From assembly GCA_021294815.2 (NCBI GenBank), contig CP095464.1, positions 846,462-878,461 on the forward strand: a stretch of 32,000 bases of DNA, given 5' to 3'. The notes beneath the pieces were generated by a model. The model was not told where the DNA came from and made no database searches. It saw only the letters and a program-made list of their open reading frames with translations. The DNA comes from Verrucomicrobiota bacterium (GTDB lineage: Bacteria; Verrucomicrobiota; Verrucomicrobiia; Opitutales; LL51). Made by a program: the position numbers and the translations under genes. This document shows positions 23,124-31,882 of the stretch, in pieces (position 1 is the stretch's first letter; each line of letters begins with the position of its first letter).

Positions 23124-23773
23124 CGTTCGATAATTTTTAGGGCGGCAGCGTAGGTATCCGGTAGCGGCGCGTCAATGGTGTAGTTGTTACCACACAGAGG
23201 GAATGAAACGGAGCTCAAGTGAATCATTACGGAGTCGTAAATGGGCTCGGGCGGACCTTTGCGATTTTCTTTGACGTGCGACTTTAAATCAGAAAGCGAA
23301 GGAATGGGAGTTGTATTGTAAAGGGACTCTCCGAGGACCGGAATTCCAACTTCGTACGCGTGAATTCGGATTTGGTGTGGGCGGATAAAATGCGTTTCTG
23401 CTGACCAAAGCGTGAAAGATTTGCCGATATTGTTCTGCTTTTGAAACTTCGTTTGGGCCTGTTTCCCCATCCGGTGTGAGATTTTCATACCGTTGCCATC
23501 AGCACTCTTTGCAATGGGCAAAGAACATGTAATGGATTCCTCCAGTACCTGTTTTTGTGCCAGTACGGTCCAATGGAATGTAAACTGCTGCGACCCATAA
23601 GCATTGCGCAACTCGCATAGACTTCCTTTATTTTTTGCATAAAGCACTACACCACTTAACTCCGGATCGAGGGGATAGATTCCTTGCGGAAAAATTTCGT
23701 TGGGATGCTTCAACACCCCCTGCCAACCATCAGTAGCATCAAGTACATGACGATGTGGCAGTTCCGTAAGCAC
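23114..23773 (-). CDS. RluA-family pseudouridine synthase-like protein with divergent motifs
   Basis: 219 aa with a GTG start. It has the C-terminal RPHQIRIHAYEVGIPVLGESLY and a central IYPLDPELSGVVLYAKNK in place of the usual HRLDxxTSG. The catalytic Asp is kept but His-Arg is replaced. There is no S4 domain. Confidence 0.6.
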   Translation of the reverse strand: MLTELPHRHVLDATDGWQGVLKHPNEIFPQGIYPLDPELSGVVLYAKNKGSLCELRNAYGSQQFTFHWTVLAQKQVLEESITCSLPIAKSADGNGMKISHRMGKQAQTKFQKQNNIGKSFTLWSAETHFIRPHQIRIHAYEVGIPVLGESLYNTTPIPSLSDLKSHVKENRKGPPEPIYDSVMIHLSSVSFPLCGNNYTIDAPLPDTYAAALKIIERWS

Positions 23774-23849
23774 GCAAATGACTTTGAGATCTCACACTTA
23801 AGAGACAATAAAGATTTACGTCAATGGGCGAGAATCTACACTCCGCAAC

Positions 23850-24455
23850 GTGTCAAAGCGCCAGAATTACAGCGGATTTACCTTTATCGAGATGATTGCC
23901 ATAATTGCGACGATTGCGTTAATATTACTTTTTCTGGGGCGTTTTCATTGGAAGAATGGGGAGCCGCGGCAAATTCAAATTGCGACAAAAATGGTGACCA
24001 CGGTGCTCAACCAGGCGCGTCACGAGGCTATAAACCAAGGGTGCGATGTCTTTGTTGCTGTCGATTTGTCGACGACTTTCGCCCAGCGGCGCCTTGTGCA
24101 ACTCGTACGTTCAGAGGATCATTGTCGCATCATCCGAGAAATTTTACTGCCGGAGCACTGTTTTATTTTAACGGCACAGGATCTAAAAATATTTAATTTA
24201 AGCGATTTCGATATGCCGGAGGAAGAGGAAGTGATTGTAGGATCCCAAAAGATTCTCGGTTATTGCATTCGCTTTGCCGAAAATGGTTCGCATGCGGGCG
24301 ACGAGTCAAGCACCCTACTCGCACTAGGCTATGGCCATCGAAAATCGGGAAAAGATGAAGTAAAGATTGTTTTTGATCGCACCATTTCACCGGCTATTAT
24401 TGTGGTCAACCGTTTTGGACGTACTTTTGTGTCTTCAAAAAACATTAATAAATGA
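23850..24455 (+). CDS. Prepilin-type N-terminal cleavage/methylation domain protein, GspH/FimT-like pseudopilin
   Basis: MSKRQNYSG|FTFIEMIAIIATIALILL is a canonical prepilin signal. The following TTVLNQARHEAINQGCDVFVAV resembles the GspH/FimT region. The start is GTG. Confidence 0.6.
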   Translation: MSKRQNYSGFTFIEMIAIIATIALILLFLGRFHWKNGEPRQIQIATKMVTTVLNQARHEAINQGCDVFVAVDLSTTFAQRRLVQLVRSEDHCRIIREILLPEHCFILTAQDLKIFNLSDFDMPEEEEVIVGSQKILGYCIRFAENGSHAGDESSTLLALGYGHRKSGKDEVKIVFDRTISPAIIVVNRFGRTFVSSKNINK

Positions 24456-24880
24456 CGAAACGCGGATTTTCACTGCTTGAGGTTGTTTTGGCAATTGGGC
24501 TATTAGGGAGTGTTCTGGTTGTTCTGCTTGGTTATATGGTCGATTCGGCCAAAAATACACGGAATACTGCGGAAAAGATTTTGTTGCAAAATGCACAAAG
24601 AAATTTCGAAAATTACTTTCTTGTCGCCCGTAAGCCACTAATGTCAGAGGGAGAAACTTTATATTATGGCCGTCGCGGAGACTGTTGGCAACTCAACGCC
24701 CAGTCTGTAAACTTCGATGGAGAAGTTTTTCTGCTCAAACACATGAAGACAGAGCAATCGAAAAATATTGCGTTCATAACTTATGGACTGCTGCCGTGGA
24801 GTGCAGGCAATAGAAAGACCGTCAATAGTCATCCAACCGAAATCGTTCAGGCTGTTGCGGTATCGGATCTGGAAAATTGA
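24452..24880 (+). CDS. Prepilin-type N-terminal domain protein (minor pseudopilin-like)
   Basis: MTKRG|FSLLEVVLAIGLLGSVLVVLL. Its ATG overlaps the upstream stop as ATGA (24452-24455). Confidence 0.6.
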   Translation: MTKRGFSLLEVVLAIGLLGSVLVVLLGYMVDSAKNTRNTAEKILLQNAQRNFENYFLVARKPLMSEGETLYYGRRGDCWQLNAQSVNFDGEVFLLKHMKTEQSKNIAFITYGLLPWSAGNRKTVNSHPTEIVQAVAVSDLEN

Positions 24881-24935
24881 GCAAGGAAAACACTTAAACT
24901 CATCATCGGTGTGGTTTTCGTTTGCCAAAGTACGT

Positions 24936-24960
24936 AAAGCCGTCAGCATCGGCTTTTCTT
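24936..24960 (+). terminator. Weak hairpin plus T-rich tail after the pseudopilin pair
   Basis: AAAGCCG-TCAGCAT-CGGCTTT followed by TCTT. The stem is 7 bp. It ends only 5 nt before the CaCA ATG at 24966, so a terminator role is doubtful. Confidence 0.25.
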
Positions 24961-24965
24961 CGGGC

Positions 24966-25919
24966 ATGTGGTGGAGTTGTTTTGAGGTTCTGCTCGGGTT
25001 TGTCCTGCTTTTTTACGGAGGTGGGCGCGTTTGTCGCAGCGCGTCGGCATTGGCTGTAGCATTGGGGGTAAGCCGCTTTGTGATTGGTATGACCCTAGTC
25101 GCGCTTTCGACTTCAGCTCCGGAGTTCATTACCTCGCTGTTAGCGACGATCGATCATCATCCAGAGCTTGTTTTAGGGAATGTTATTGGCAGCAATCTTC
25201 TCAACATCGGCTGTGCCGCGGGGTTGGTTGCGCTCATTTGTCCTTTTTCAATTACCTCACGCGTGATTGAGATTGAGATGCCATTTCTTTTCGGCGTCAC
25301 CTTTGTCTTCGCGCTTCTTATATTGTTTTCAAAAGCCAATCTAATGGCGGGAGCTCTATCGCTATTGGTGGGTATCATCTATTTGTATCGCATCTGTAAG
25401 GCTGATGTTTTAGAAACACCGGAGGCCGTAGAGGCAATAAAAATTTCGGTAGGGTCCAGGCTCATATCGTTTGCCGTTGGGATTTTGGGTTTATTTTTAG
25501 GGGCACATTGGGTTGTTTCTGGTAGTCTCCATATGGCCCAAATGCTAGGGTGGAGCGATACTTGGGTTGGCTTGACAATTGTTGCGTTCGGAACGAGCCT
25601 TCCGGAGATCACGACCTCGCTTGTTGCAGCGCTTCGGGGGTACGGGTCAATTTGCACTGGAAACATCGTCGGATCGAATATTTTTAACATTCTTTTTGTC
25701 GCTGGTACCTGTGCGTGTCTTTGTCCGCTAACCACAAGTCAACACTGCATCCGCTGTCTCGCGCTTCCAGGTCTCATTTTCCTGACCGCGTTGTTATGGC
25801 GATTTTTTACGACAAAACGCGAGGTTTCGCGCTTTGAAGGTTTTTTGTTATTGGCGATCTATCTCCCTATCCTCTACGGCCTTCATGCACTTGAAGTGGC
25901 CTCAAGAGAAAATTTTTAA
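24966..25919 (+). CDS. CaCA-family Na+/Ca2+ exchanger (YrbG-like), 317 aa
   Basis: Two alpha-repeat signatures are present: GMTLVALSTSAPEFITS with GNVIGSNLLNI, and GLTIVAFGTSLPEITTS with GNIVGSNIFNILFV. There are about 10 hydrophobic helices. The start is set to ATG 24966 (MWWSCFEVLLGF); the 61-codon upstream extension overlaps the pseudopilin gene. Confidence 0.8.
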   Translation: MWWSCFEVLLGFVLLFYGGGRVCRSASALAVALGVSRFVIGMTLVALSTSAPEFITSLLATIDHHPELVLGNVIGSNLLNIGCAAGLVALICPFSITSRVIEIEMPFLFGVTFVFALLILFSKANLMAGALSLLVGIIYLYRICKADVLETPEAVEAIKISVGSRLISFAVGILGLFLGAHWVVSGSLHMAQMLGWSDTWVGLTIVAFGTSLPEITTSLVAALRGYGSICTGNIVGSNIFNILFVAGTCACLCPLTTSQHCIRCLALPGLIFLTALLWRFFTTKREVSRFEGFLLLAIYLPILYGLHALEVASRENF

Positions 25920-25923
25920 TTTT

Positions 25924-26658
25924 TTAGAGCCAAGGAATATTATTCCATCCGTGCTGACGCTCTTGTTGTGAGAATTCATAAAGGATCGGAAGCAATATTT
26001 GGGCTCTATTAAAGATCCTGTTGATTTGTTCTATGACAGATCTGATAGTGGCTAGGGTGATAGCGATGAGCGCAGAAATGTCAGGAGTATTTGGAAGCAT
26101 TCTTAGTGTTTGATCCAATGAACGTACCCGATTATTGAGAGCTTCAAGTGTTCCATGGAAAGTTTTGAGCCACAAGATGCAGTCCACATAGGCACTTTGT
26201 GCGGTATTTTTTGGAAGTTGTCGTAGTTTATCCAGGCAATCTTCATAACAAAGCTTTAAGATTTCTAAATCATGGGCGTCGAGACCGGGTTTATTATTAA
26301 TGCGAACGATCGATCGAATTCCATCTTGAATGCTTTGAATATCGTCTCGAAGGGTTTCAAGTTCATTTTGGAGTGTCCGTGAAAAGGTCGCACAAGTATT
26401 GAGTGCACCATGAACACGGATGTAACGTCGAATGTCATCGGCTGTCCAAATACGAACTTCGGGATCGGTGTTCCCTTGAGAAAGCGTGCTGGCGGTAACC
26501 GGCGGCGTTTTGACTGCCGGAGCTTCTTTGGGAAGAGAAACAACTTGAGTATCTTGCATCTGCGGTGTTACTGAAGCGGTTTGCAACTGGATATGCTCGC
26601 CGCTGACGAAATGCGCAGAAAAGCCCAAGAAAAATAGCGAAAGGGTGAAATGTTTCAT
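25924..26658 (-). CDS. Secreted hypothetical protein (signal peptide plus helical domain)
   Basis: 244 aa. MKHFTLSLFFLGFSAHFVSG is a signal peptide. A Pro/Thr/Val-rich linker follows, then heptad-like helical sequence. No recognisable family. Confidence 0.45.
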   Translation of the reverse strand: MKHFTLSLFFLGFSAHFVSGEHIQLQTASVTPQMQDTQVVSLPKEAPAVKTPPVTASTLSQGNTDPEVRIWTADDIRRYIRVHGALNTCATFSRTLQNELETLRDDIQSIQDGIRSIVRINNKPGLDAHDLEILKLCYEDCLDKLRQLPKNTAQSAYVDCILWLKTFHGTLEALNNRVRSLDQTLRMLPNTPDISALIAITLATIRSVIEQINRIFNRAQILLPILYEFSQQERQHGWNNIPWL

Positions 26659-26738
26659 TACACGATAATATAAAAATTAATTGTAAAAAGTAAAATATAT
26701 TGATTAAAATTTAGCAATTTGGCGGTGTTTTTTCATCG

Positions 26739-26768
26739 TTGACGTTGCCAGGCCGCGATTTGTATAGT
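26739..26768 (+). promoter_or_regulatory. Candidate promoter for dnaE, with the -10 ending 7 nt before the ATG
   Basis: TTGACG (26739-26744), an 18-nt spacer, then TATAGT (26763-26768), then agggcct and ATG 26776. No SD is present. Confidence 0.4.
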
Positions 26769-26775
26769 AGGGCCT

Positions 26776-29700
26776 ATGGGAGTTTCTTTTGTCCATCTAC
26801 ACGTGCATACGGATTATAGTTTGTTGGATGGTGCTTGCCGGATGGACCGCCTGTTCGCGCGCGCCAAGGAGCTTGAAATGCCGGCGATCGCGATGACCGA
26901 TCACGGAAATCTATTCGGAGTTCCCGATTTATTGCGTTATGGAAAGAAGTTTGACCTCCAACCCATCATTGGTTGCGAATTTTATACCACCTACGACCAG
27001 GATTATACCCAACGGGAAAAATTTCCACTTTATCATCTTGGCCTCCTAGTGATGAACGAAGCGGGATACAAAAATATCTCCAAACTGGTTTCGCTCGCGC
27101 ACACGCAGGGATTTTACTACAAGCCGCGTATTAATTGGCAGGCGATTGAACAGCACGCAGAGGGCCTCATTTGTCTAACAGGATGCTATCAGGGATACCT
27201 ATCCTCGATGGCGTTACAAAATCGTGAAGATTTAGCGCAGTCGGGCCTCGAATGGTTGCTGAGGATTTTCGGCAAAGAGCGGCTTTTTATCGAAGTCCAA
27301 GAACATGGAATGCCGGAAACGCGAGCAACGATTCAACCGGCGCTTTTTCGTTTGGCGAAAGCGTACGATTTGCGGGCGGTCGCAACCAACGACTCACACT
27401 ACGTGATGCAGGAGGATTGGGAGGCCCATGACGAACTTTTGTGTATTCAAACCGCATCCAAAGTCACCGATGTCAATCGTTTCCGGATGCCGATGCACCA
27501 GCTCTATCTTAAGTCGGCTGATGAAATGGCGGCGCTTTTTCCTCAAAATCCCGAAGTTATTGAAAATACACTGCTCATTGCTGACATGTGTCATTATGCG
27601 CTCAAATATGGCGAGAACCATTATCCGGTATTTCACCGCCCACAAAATGACGCGTACAAAGACAATCTCGAAATGCTTAAAATTCTTTGTTTAGAGGGGC
27701 TTCAGGAACGCTATAATTTGACCTATGTGGATCCGGGAACGCTAGATCCGAAAAGTCAACAGGGGGTTATTTGTAAACGTCTTGATTACGAATTATCGAT
27801 CCTCATCAAGACTGGTTTTGTCGACTATTTTCTAATTGTTTGGGATTTTATCAATTGGGCAAAGGATCAGAAAATTCCTGTGGGTCCGGGACGAGGCTCC
27901 GGAGCGGGTTCGTTGATCGCTTATCTAATTCGAATTACCGATGTCGATCCTATCCGATTTGGGTTGTTATTTGAGCGTTTTTTGAACCCAGAGCGGGTTT
28001 CGCCACCAGACTTCGATATCGATTTTTGTATGCGTCGTCGCGGAGAGGTGATCGAGTATGTCCGCCGAAAATATGGGAGCGACCACGTCGGAAATATTAT
28101 TACATTTGGCACGTTTGGGGCCAAAATGGTCATTCGTGACCTCTGTCGCGTCAACGATATTCCATATTCCGAAGCTAACCGAATCGCAAAAATGGTCCCC
28201 GATGACCTCAATATTTCTATCGAAGCGGCAGTCGAAAAATCGCAGGAACTGCAACAAGAGATCCGTATTAATCCTAAAATCGGTAAACTCCTCGAGGACG
28301 GAAAGATTATTGAAGGTACGGTTCGGAATACGGGGACGCACGCAGCAGGCGTGATTATTACCGAGGATACCGTCGAAAACATGCTTCCTGTAACCCTCCA
28401 GGATGGTGCGCTGACAACGCAGTACGCCAAGCAAGCAGTTGAAGATCTAGGACTCCTTAAGATGGACTTTTTAGGCTTAAAAACCCTAACGGTGATTGCC
28501 GATGCTGAAGCCTATATTCAAAAAATTCGCCCAGAGTTCAAAATCGATGCGGTTCCATTTGACGATAAAAAGACCTATCGGTTGCTCAACAGTGGTAATA
28601 CCATCGGAGTCTTTCAACTTGGGGAATCGGCGGGAATGCGGGCACTCTGTAAGCGTTTTGCGATTGGGAGTGTTGAAGAAATCAGTGCGATCAGCGCCCT
28701 TTATCGCCCGGGGCCAATGGAGTGGATCAATGATTATATTGCCGGGAAGAAAGATCCAAAGAAAATCAAGTATCCACATCCGCTTCTCGAACCTGTTTGT
28801 AAGGAGACTTATGGGATTTTAGTTTATCAAGAACAGGTGATGGAAGCGGCCCGGGTCATTGCGGGATATACGCTTGGTGGTGCGGATATTTTACGGCGTG
28901 CGATGGGGAAAAAGAAAGTCGAGGTAATGAACGCCCAGCGCAGTGTCTTTATCGAGGGTGCGAAAAAATACCACGATATCCCCCAAGAAAAGGCGGAGGA
29001 AATTTTTTCCATACTCGAAAAATTCGCGGGCTATGGATTTAATAAATCTCATTCCGTGGCCTATGCTATCATCGCTTACCGCACCGCCTATTTGAAAGCC
29101 AATTACCCCGTCGAATTCATGGCCGCGATGCTCTCAGCCGAGTTGGGTAATGCCGATCGAGCAGCGTATTATATCGCGGAATGTGCCCGAATGAAAATCC
29201 CTTTGAGGAGCCCGGATATCAATCAATCGCTCCAAAGTTTTACACCGGATCACCAAGAAGGATGTATCCGTTTCGGTCTTGCGGCCATTAAGGGCGTTGG
29301 TGACGTCGCGGCGGAAAATATCATCCAAGAGCGGGAGGAGCACGGTACTTACAAGAACTTTTCGGATTTCATCACGCGCGTCGATTTACGGATCGTCAAT
29401 AAGCGCGTTTTGGAGTGTCTCATCCACAGCAGCGCATTCGATAGCTTTGGGATCGATCGCCAGCACCTAGCGCAATCCCTCGAAAAAGTCATGAACGAAG
29501 CAGCATCGGTACAGAAAGATCGCGAGGCAGGGCAATTTCAACTGTTTAATTTTTTGGATGACAGGGCTACCGAAGACACGGCCCAAATGACGATTGATCA
29601 ATCCGGGCCTAAGATGAGCAAAACGGATAAATTGAATTATGAAAAATCACTGTTGGGGTTTTATGTTACAGGACATCCGCTCGATGACTATCGTTCGGTA

Positions 29701-30219
29701 CTCGACGCGATTGATACCGCCAAAAATCTTGAAGCAATCGGGGAAGAATTCCGTCTCTGTGGTGTTGTTTCATCGGTTGAAAAACGCATTACGAAAAAAG
29801 ATAATCGTCTTTGGGCGAGTTTTCAGCTTGAGATGCGGATAGGGCAGCTTTCACTTAGTTGCTTCCCGAGTACTTTTGAAAAGTACGGCGATCTGCTGGT
29901 AGAGGGTAATATTGTGGTTGTAACGGGGACACATCGTGTAACCGAGGGCGACGAGCGCTTCACAATCCAGGAAATTATTACCGCTCCACAATTTCTCAGC
30001 CAACACACGCGACAGATTTTTTGGGAAATTTCGTCAAAAAATGCAACCTTCTTAGAACGAATTTACGACTACATTTCACAGCATACCGGGACAATGCGAA
30101 GTATTTTGTGCTTTAAAGATACCGGAATTCAACGGGCGATACCGGAAGTGCTCAATTGCCAGTTTGATTTCGACAAAATCCAGTCCCTGCAAATACCCTA
30201 TCACATTGCCATAGAGTAA
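26776..30219 (+). CDS. dnaE: DNA polymerase III alpha subunit
   Basis: 1147 aa. The PHP N-terminus is FVHLHVHTDYSLLDGA. GPGRGSGAGSLIAYLIRITDVDP, PDFDIDF and FNKSHSVAYA are also present. Confidence 0.95.
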   Translation: MGVSFVHLHVHTDYSLLDGACRMDRLFARAKELEMPAIAMTDHGNLFGVPDLLRYGKKFDLQPIIGCEFYTTYDQDYTQREKFPLYHLGLLVMNEAGYKNISKLVSLAHTQGFYYKPRINWQAIEQHAEGLICLTGCYQGYLSSMALQNREDLAQSGLEWLLRIFGKERLFIEVQEHGMPETRATIQPALFRLAKAYDLRAVATNDSHYVMQEDWEAHDELLCIQTASKVTDVNRFRMPMHQLYLKSADEMAALFPQNPEVIENTLLIADMCHYALKYGENHYPVFHRPQNDAYKDNLEMLKILCLEGLQERYNLTYVDPGTLDPKSQQGVICKRLDYELSILIKTGFVDYFLIVWDFINWAKDQKIPVGPGRGSGAGSLIAYLIRITDVDPIRFGLLFERFLNPERVSPPDFDIDFCMRRRGEVIEYVRRKYGSDHVGNIITFGTFGAKMVIRDLCRVNDIPYSEANRIAKMVPDDLNISIEAAVEKSQELQQEIRINPKIGKLLEDGKIIEGTVRNTGTHAAGVIITEDTVENMLPVTLQDGALTTQYAKQAVEDLGLLKMDFLGLKTLTVIADAEAYIQKIRPEFKIDAVPFDDKKTYRLLNSGNTIGVFQLGESAGMRALCKRFAIGSVEEISAISALYRPGPMEWINDYIAGKKDPKKIKYPHPLLEPVCKETYGILVYQEQVMEAARVIAGYTLGGADILRRAMGKKKVEVMNAQRSVFIEGAKKYHDIPQEKAEEIFSILEKFAGYGFNKSHSVAYAIIAYRTAYLKANYPVEFMAAMLSAELGNADRAAYYIAECARMKIPLRSPDINQSLQSFTPDHQEGCIRFGLAAIKGVGDVAAENIIQEREEHGTYKNFSDFITRVDLRIVNKRVLECLIHSSAFDSFGIDRQHLAQSLEKVMNEAASVQKDREAGQFQLFNFLDDRATEDTAQMTIDQSGPKMSKTDKLNYEKSLLGFYVTGHPLDDYRSVLDAIDTAKNLEAIGEEFRLCGVVSSVEKRITKKDNRLWASFQLEMRIGQLSLSCFPSTFEKYGDLLVEGNIVVVTGTHRVTEGDERFTIQEIITAPQFLSQHTRQIFWEISSKNATFLERIYDYISQHTGTMRSILCFKDTGIQRAIPEVLNCQFDFDKIQSLQIPYHIAIE

Positions 30220-30243
30220 CGTTACGGAAGCGGCGACCAAAGG

Positions 30244-30271
30244 TTGACATCTTTCGTTGTTTTTTTACAAT
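30244..30271 (+). promoter_or_regulatory. Candidate strong sigma70-type promoter, with the -10 ending 6 nt before the ATG of the substrate-binding protein gene
   Basis: TTGACA (30244-30249), a 16-nt spacer, then TACAAT (30266-30271), then aaatgc and ATG 30278. The track's TTG start (30257) lies inside this promoter. Confidence 0.5.
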
Positions 30272-30277
30272 AAATGC

Positions 30278-31414
30278 ATGCTGGATGGGTTTAATCGAAG
30301 GGCGCTTTGGCGGCTATATTTTTTGATATTGACCCTTTTCCTACAGGGATGTGCACATGGTGATCGACAGCCAGTTGCAGAAGAAGTTTTGAGCGCGTCT
30401 AATCCTTCAAAAAAAATAATTGGCGAGTTTATTCCGGAAGTAGTTGTCGACGAAAAAAGTTTTGTACGCCCAAAAGAATCGCCATCAATCAGGATACTTA
30501 TGCTCTTATGGCACGGTGAGACGGAAGTCGAAAAAGTTCTACTTTCGACATTAAAACAGTTGGGATATACCGTTGAGCGCAACACAATCGACGCAAAGCG
30601 TGATCTGAGCCGCTTGAAGCAAGAACTCCATAGCTTTAACGCCTATTCTCAGGATTACGATTATGTCTATGCCTCAGGGGCTGTTGCGGCATCACTTGCA
30701 ATCACGTGTGCACAAGAGCAAACACCCGTTATATTTAGTGGGGTCGATTTCCCGATGGAGACAAGCCTTGATTTCAACCCCCTTTCAGATCAAGACAACG
30801 TATCGGGTATTGCGAATGCGGCACCAATCGAAGAACAGCTGCGCTACATCCAAAACATTGCCCAGCTCGCGCACCTCAAACTCAGCCGCCTGGCTGTTGT
30901 GGTAAACCTTAAAGAACAAAATTCTGTGGATACTTATAGGGCCTTAGAAAGAATTTGTTCCCTCGAAGGCATCGAGTTGCAGCAGTTTCAAATTGAAGAA
31001 AACGATAACGGTAAAAATCTCACCGATGCGCTTGAAAAGGAGAAATTTTCCTTCGATGCGATTTTCATCACAGGGGACGCACTGACAGATGCTCAGGCGG
31101 CGACGTTTTCAGAATTCACTAAAAAATCGACAATTTTAACGATCGCCGAACGGCTACAGACGATCCGCCAAGGCGCGGCGTGCTTTGGCGTAGTCACCGA
31201 TCCACGGTCAATTGGAACGAAGGCGGCCAAAATAATTCACGCACACCGAGACCTCAGCATCGACTTCAAGCATATCCCGCTCCAGTTTGGATATTACGCG
31301 CCAGTATTTAACTCATTGGTTGGAAACCTCGGCCTTTCTGTAAACGAGTTGAAGCAAAAGGGTTTTGTGTTTGTTCCCCTAGCGAAACAAGACAATTTAC
31401 ACAGCTCTTTGTAG
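30278..31414 (+). CDS. ABC transporter substrate-binding lipoprotein (ABC_sub_bind/BMP-like family), with no adjacent permease or ATPase
   Basis: MLDGFNRRALWRLYFLILTLFLQGC has a lipobox-like LQGC. The body has an alternating beta-alpha periplasmic-binding-protein pattern (IRILMLLWHG..., YVYASGAVAASLAI, PVIFSGVDFP, LAVVVN). The family assignment is from memory of PF04392-type proteins. Confidence 0.5.
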   Translation: MLDGFNRRALWRLYFLILTLFLQGCAHGDRQPVAEEVLSASNPSKKIIGEFIPEVVVDEKSFVRPKESPSIRILMLLWHGETEVEKVLLSTLKQLGYTVERNTIDAKRDLSRLKQELHSFNAYSQDYDYVYASGAVAASLAITCAQEQTPVIFSGVDFPMETSLDFNPLSDQDNVSGIANAAPIEEQLRYIQNIAQLAHLKLSRLAVVVNLKEQNSVDTYRALERICSLEGIELQQFQIEENDNGKNLTDALEKEKFSFDAIFITGDALTDAQAATFSEFTKKSTILTIAERLQTIRQGAACFGVVTDPRSIGTKAAKIIHAHRDLSIDFKHIPLQFGYYAPVFNSLVGNLGLSVNELKQKGFVFVPLAKQDNLHSSL

Positions 31415-31882
31415 CGCCTGATCGAGGGTATGCCACGCGAGAGTAGCACACTTGATCCGCATGGGGAATTGTTTAACGCCAGCAAGTGCCTGTAAATCAC
31501 CGCAGCCTTTTTCTGCTAACGACGCATCCTCTTGATTGAGCCACTGCTGGATTTTCGAAGAAAATTGCTGAGCCTCCGAAACGGTCATGCCTAAGATAAA
31601 ATCGGTCATAATTGAACCTGATGCACGCGAGATTGCACAGCCTTGCCCGTAGAATTTAATGTCTACAATCTTTCCATCTTCAACGACAAGCGATACCTTA
31701 ATCTCATCCCCGCAAGTTGCGTTGTAGCCCTCTGCTTGACATGTGGGGTTTTTTATGATCCCCTCGTGATGCGGGTGCCCACTGTGATCGATAATGATCT
31801 CCTGGTACAACTCGCTCACTTCACTCACGCCTGTATTCTTGCCGGAGAGAGTGCTAGTGCAAGTGGAAATTCGCGCATTCAA
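31397..31882 (-). CDS. sufU: SufU/IscU-type Fe-S cluster assembly scaffold
   Basis: LYQEIIIDHSGHPHH, NATCGDEIKV, GQGCAISRASGSIMT and FPMRIKCATLAWHTL are present, giving the three conserved Cys. The maximal ORF starts at TTG 31882. The true start is probably the in-frame GTG at 31828 (VSEVSELYQ) or the one three codons downstream. The 3' end overlaps the convergent SBP gene by 18 nt. Confidence 0.8.
   Translation of the reverse strand: MNARISTCTSTLSGKNTGVSEVSELYQEIIIDHSGHPHHEGIIKNPTCQAEGYNATCGDEIKVSLVVEDGKIVDIKFYGQGCAISRASGSIMTDFILGMTVSEAQQFSSKIQQWLNQEDASLAEKGCGDLQALAGVKQFPMRIKCATLAWHTLDQALQRAV

Noticed and set aside
26659-26738. The AT-rich stretch next to dnaE as a replication origin.
   Set aside because: I saw no cluster of DnaA boxes (TTATCCACA or its complement), and dnaA/dnaN are not nearby. 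Divergent promoter DNA explains it better.
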